DNA of 63,556 bases, counting the filler, from Phoronis australis (lineage: Eukaryota > Animalia > Phoronida): the NCBI GenBank assembly GCA_002633005.1. It is 6 parts of 6 records of this genome, joined end to end, with 100 filler letters (N's around TTAATTAATTAA, not from the genome) between each part and the next. Parts side by side here need not be neighbours in the genome. Positions count along the whole stretch, not along the records: positions 61,769 to 63,556 come from NMRA01002048.1; 5 more parts are not named here. One strand, given 5' to 3'. Of the stretch, positions 62,972-63,556 are shown in pieces. The notes under the pieces are model-generated. The model did no database searches. It was not told the origin of the DNA and saw only the letters and a program-made list of their open reading frames with translations. The position numbers and the translations under genes were made by a program. The stretch's first letter is position 1. Each line of letters starts with the position of its first letter.

Positions 62972-63556
62972 ATTGACTTTCATAATAAAGGGCTATTGTG
63001 GAGATGTTTAAACTGTAGGCATGGGTAACAATAGGCATCCCTCTGCCTGTTACTAAAGACCAAGCTACACTACAAGGGAAAGCACTACTTTCAGCCTTTA
63101 GCTGGCCAAGCTTAGATATCTATGTCCATTTCAGTTGGCAGTGTTTTCGAAGAACTTCGGCCCAAGTATAAATATTACACTTCATTTCCCTCTGATAGCA
63201 TGAAGCGCGCTTATCCCGAGTAAGAGATGATGGCTGTTGGAAGTTTAAACATTTGAAATGTTCGTTGTAAAAGGATGTTTCACGAATACCATAATCATAG
63301 CTAGGGCCAAAACAGAACAGTATTTTTGAAGTCATAAGTTTTTTACTATTCAAAGGCCACCTATTCTGTTTTTAAAATTCCAAGTTCGTACGCCACATGA
63401 TGCATCGTCTGAGCAGTCTCAAAACTCCCCAGAAATAAGTAACTGGTGTCAAATTCACGCTACTCTTGATTTAAAATACGTAGGACATTTGTGCACTGAG
63501 ATAGTACAATTCTCTGATCCCATTAGAAGACTAATCAATCGCGAGCATGCGCGCGC

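Overview
Eukaryotic, AT-rich, repeat-dense genomic DNA that looks like a marine invertebrate draft assembly. It has spliceosomal introns, N gaps, and five artificial 100-nt spacers (N44-TTAATTAATTAA-N44). The main gene, reconstructed by hand from splice sites with consistent phases, lies on the minus strand (5301-15928). It has 12 coding exons and encodes about 655 aa: an intact Ser/Thr kinase domain, a Pro-rich linker, and three Mind-bomb-type SH3-like (MIB REP) repeats. This is an unusual architecture, and one intron is GC-AG. Other coding sequence: CUB-domain exons inside a ~1.46-kb tandem duplication, an intronless SGNH/PC-esterase-type gene with one premature stop, three exons of a probable CCDC50-like gene, and an SRCR exon enclosed by long inverted repeats. 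Mobile DNA: a Mag-like Ty3/Gypsy remnant with LTR and tRNA-Trp PBS, a Gypsy integrase remnant ending in a PHD finger, LINE remnants, THAP and P2X7-ballast-like remnants, MITEs with 5-bp TSDs, palindromes and minisatellites. All family assignments come from motif recognition, not database searches.
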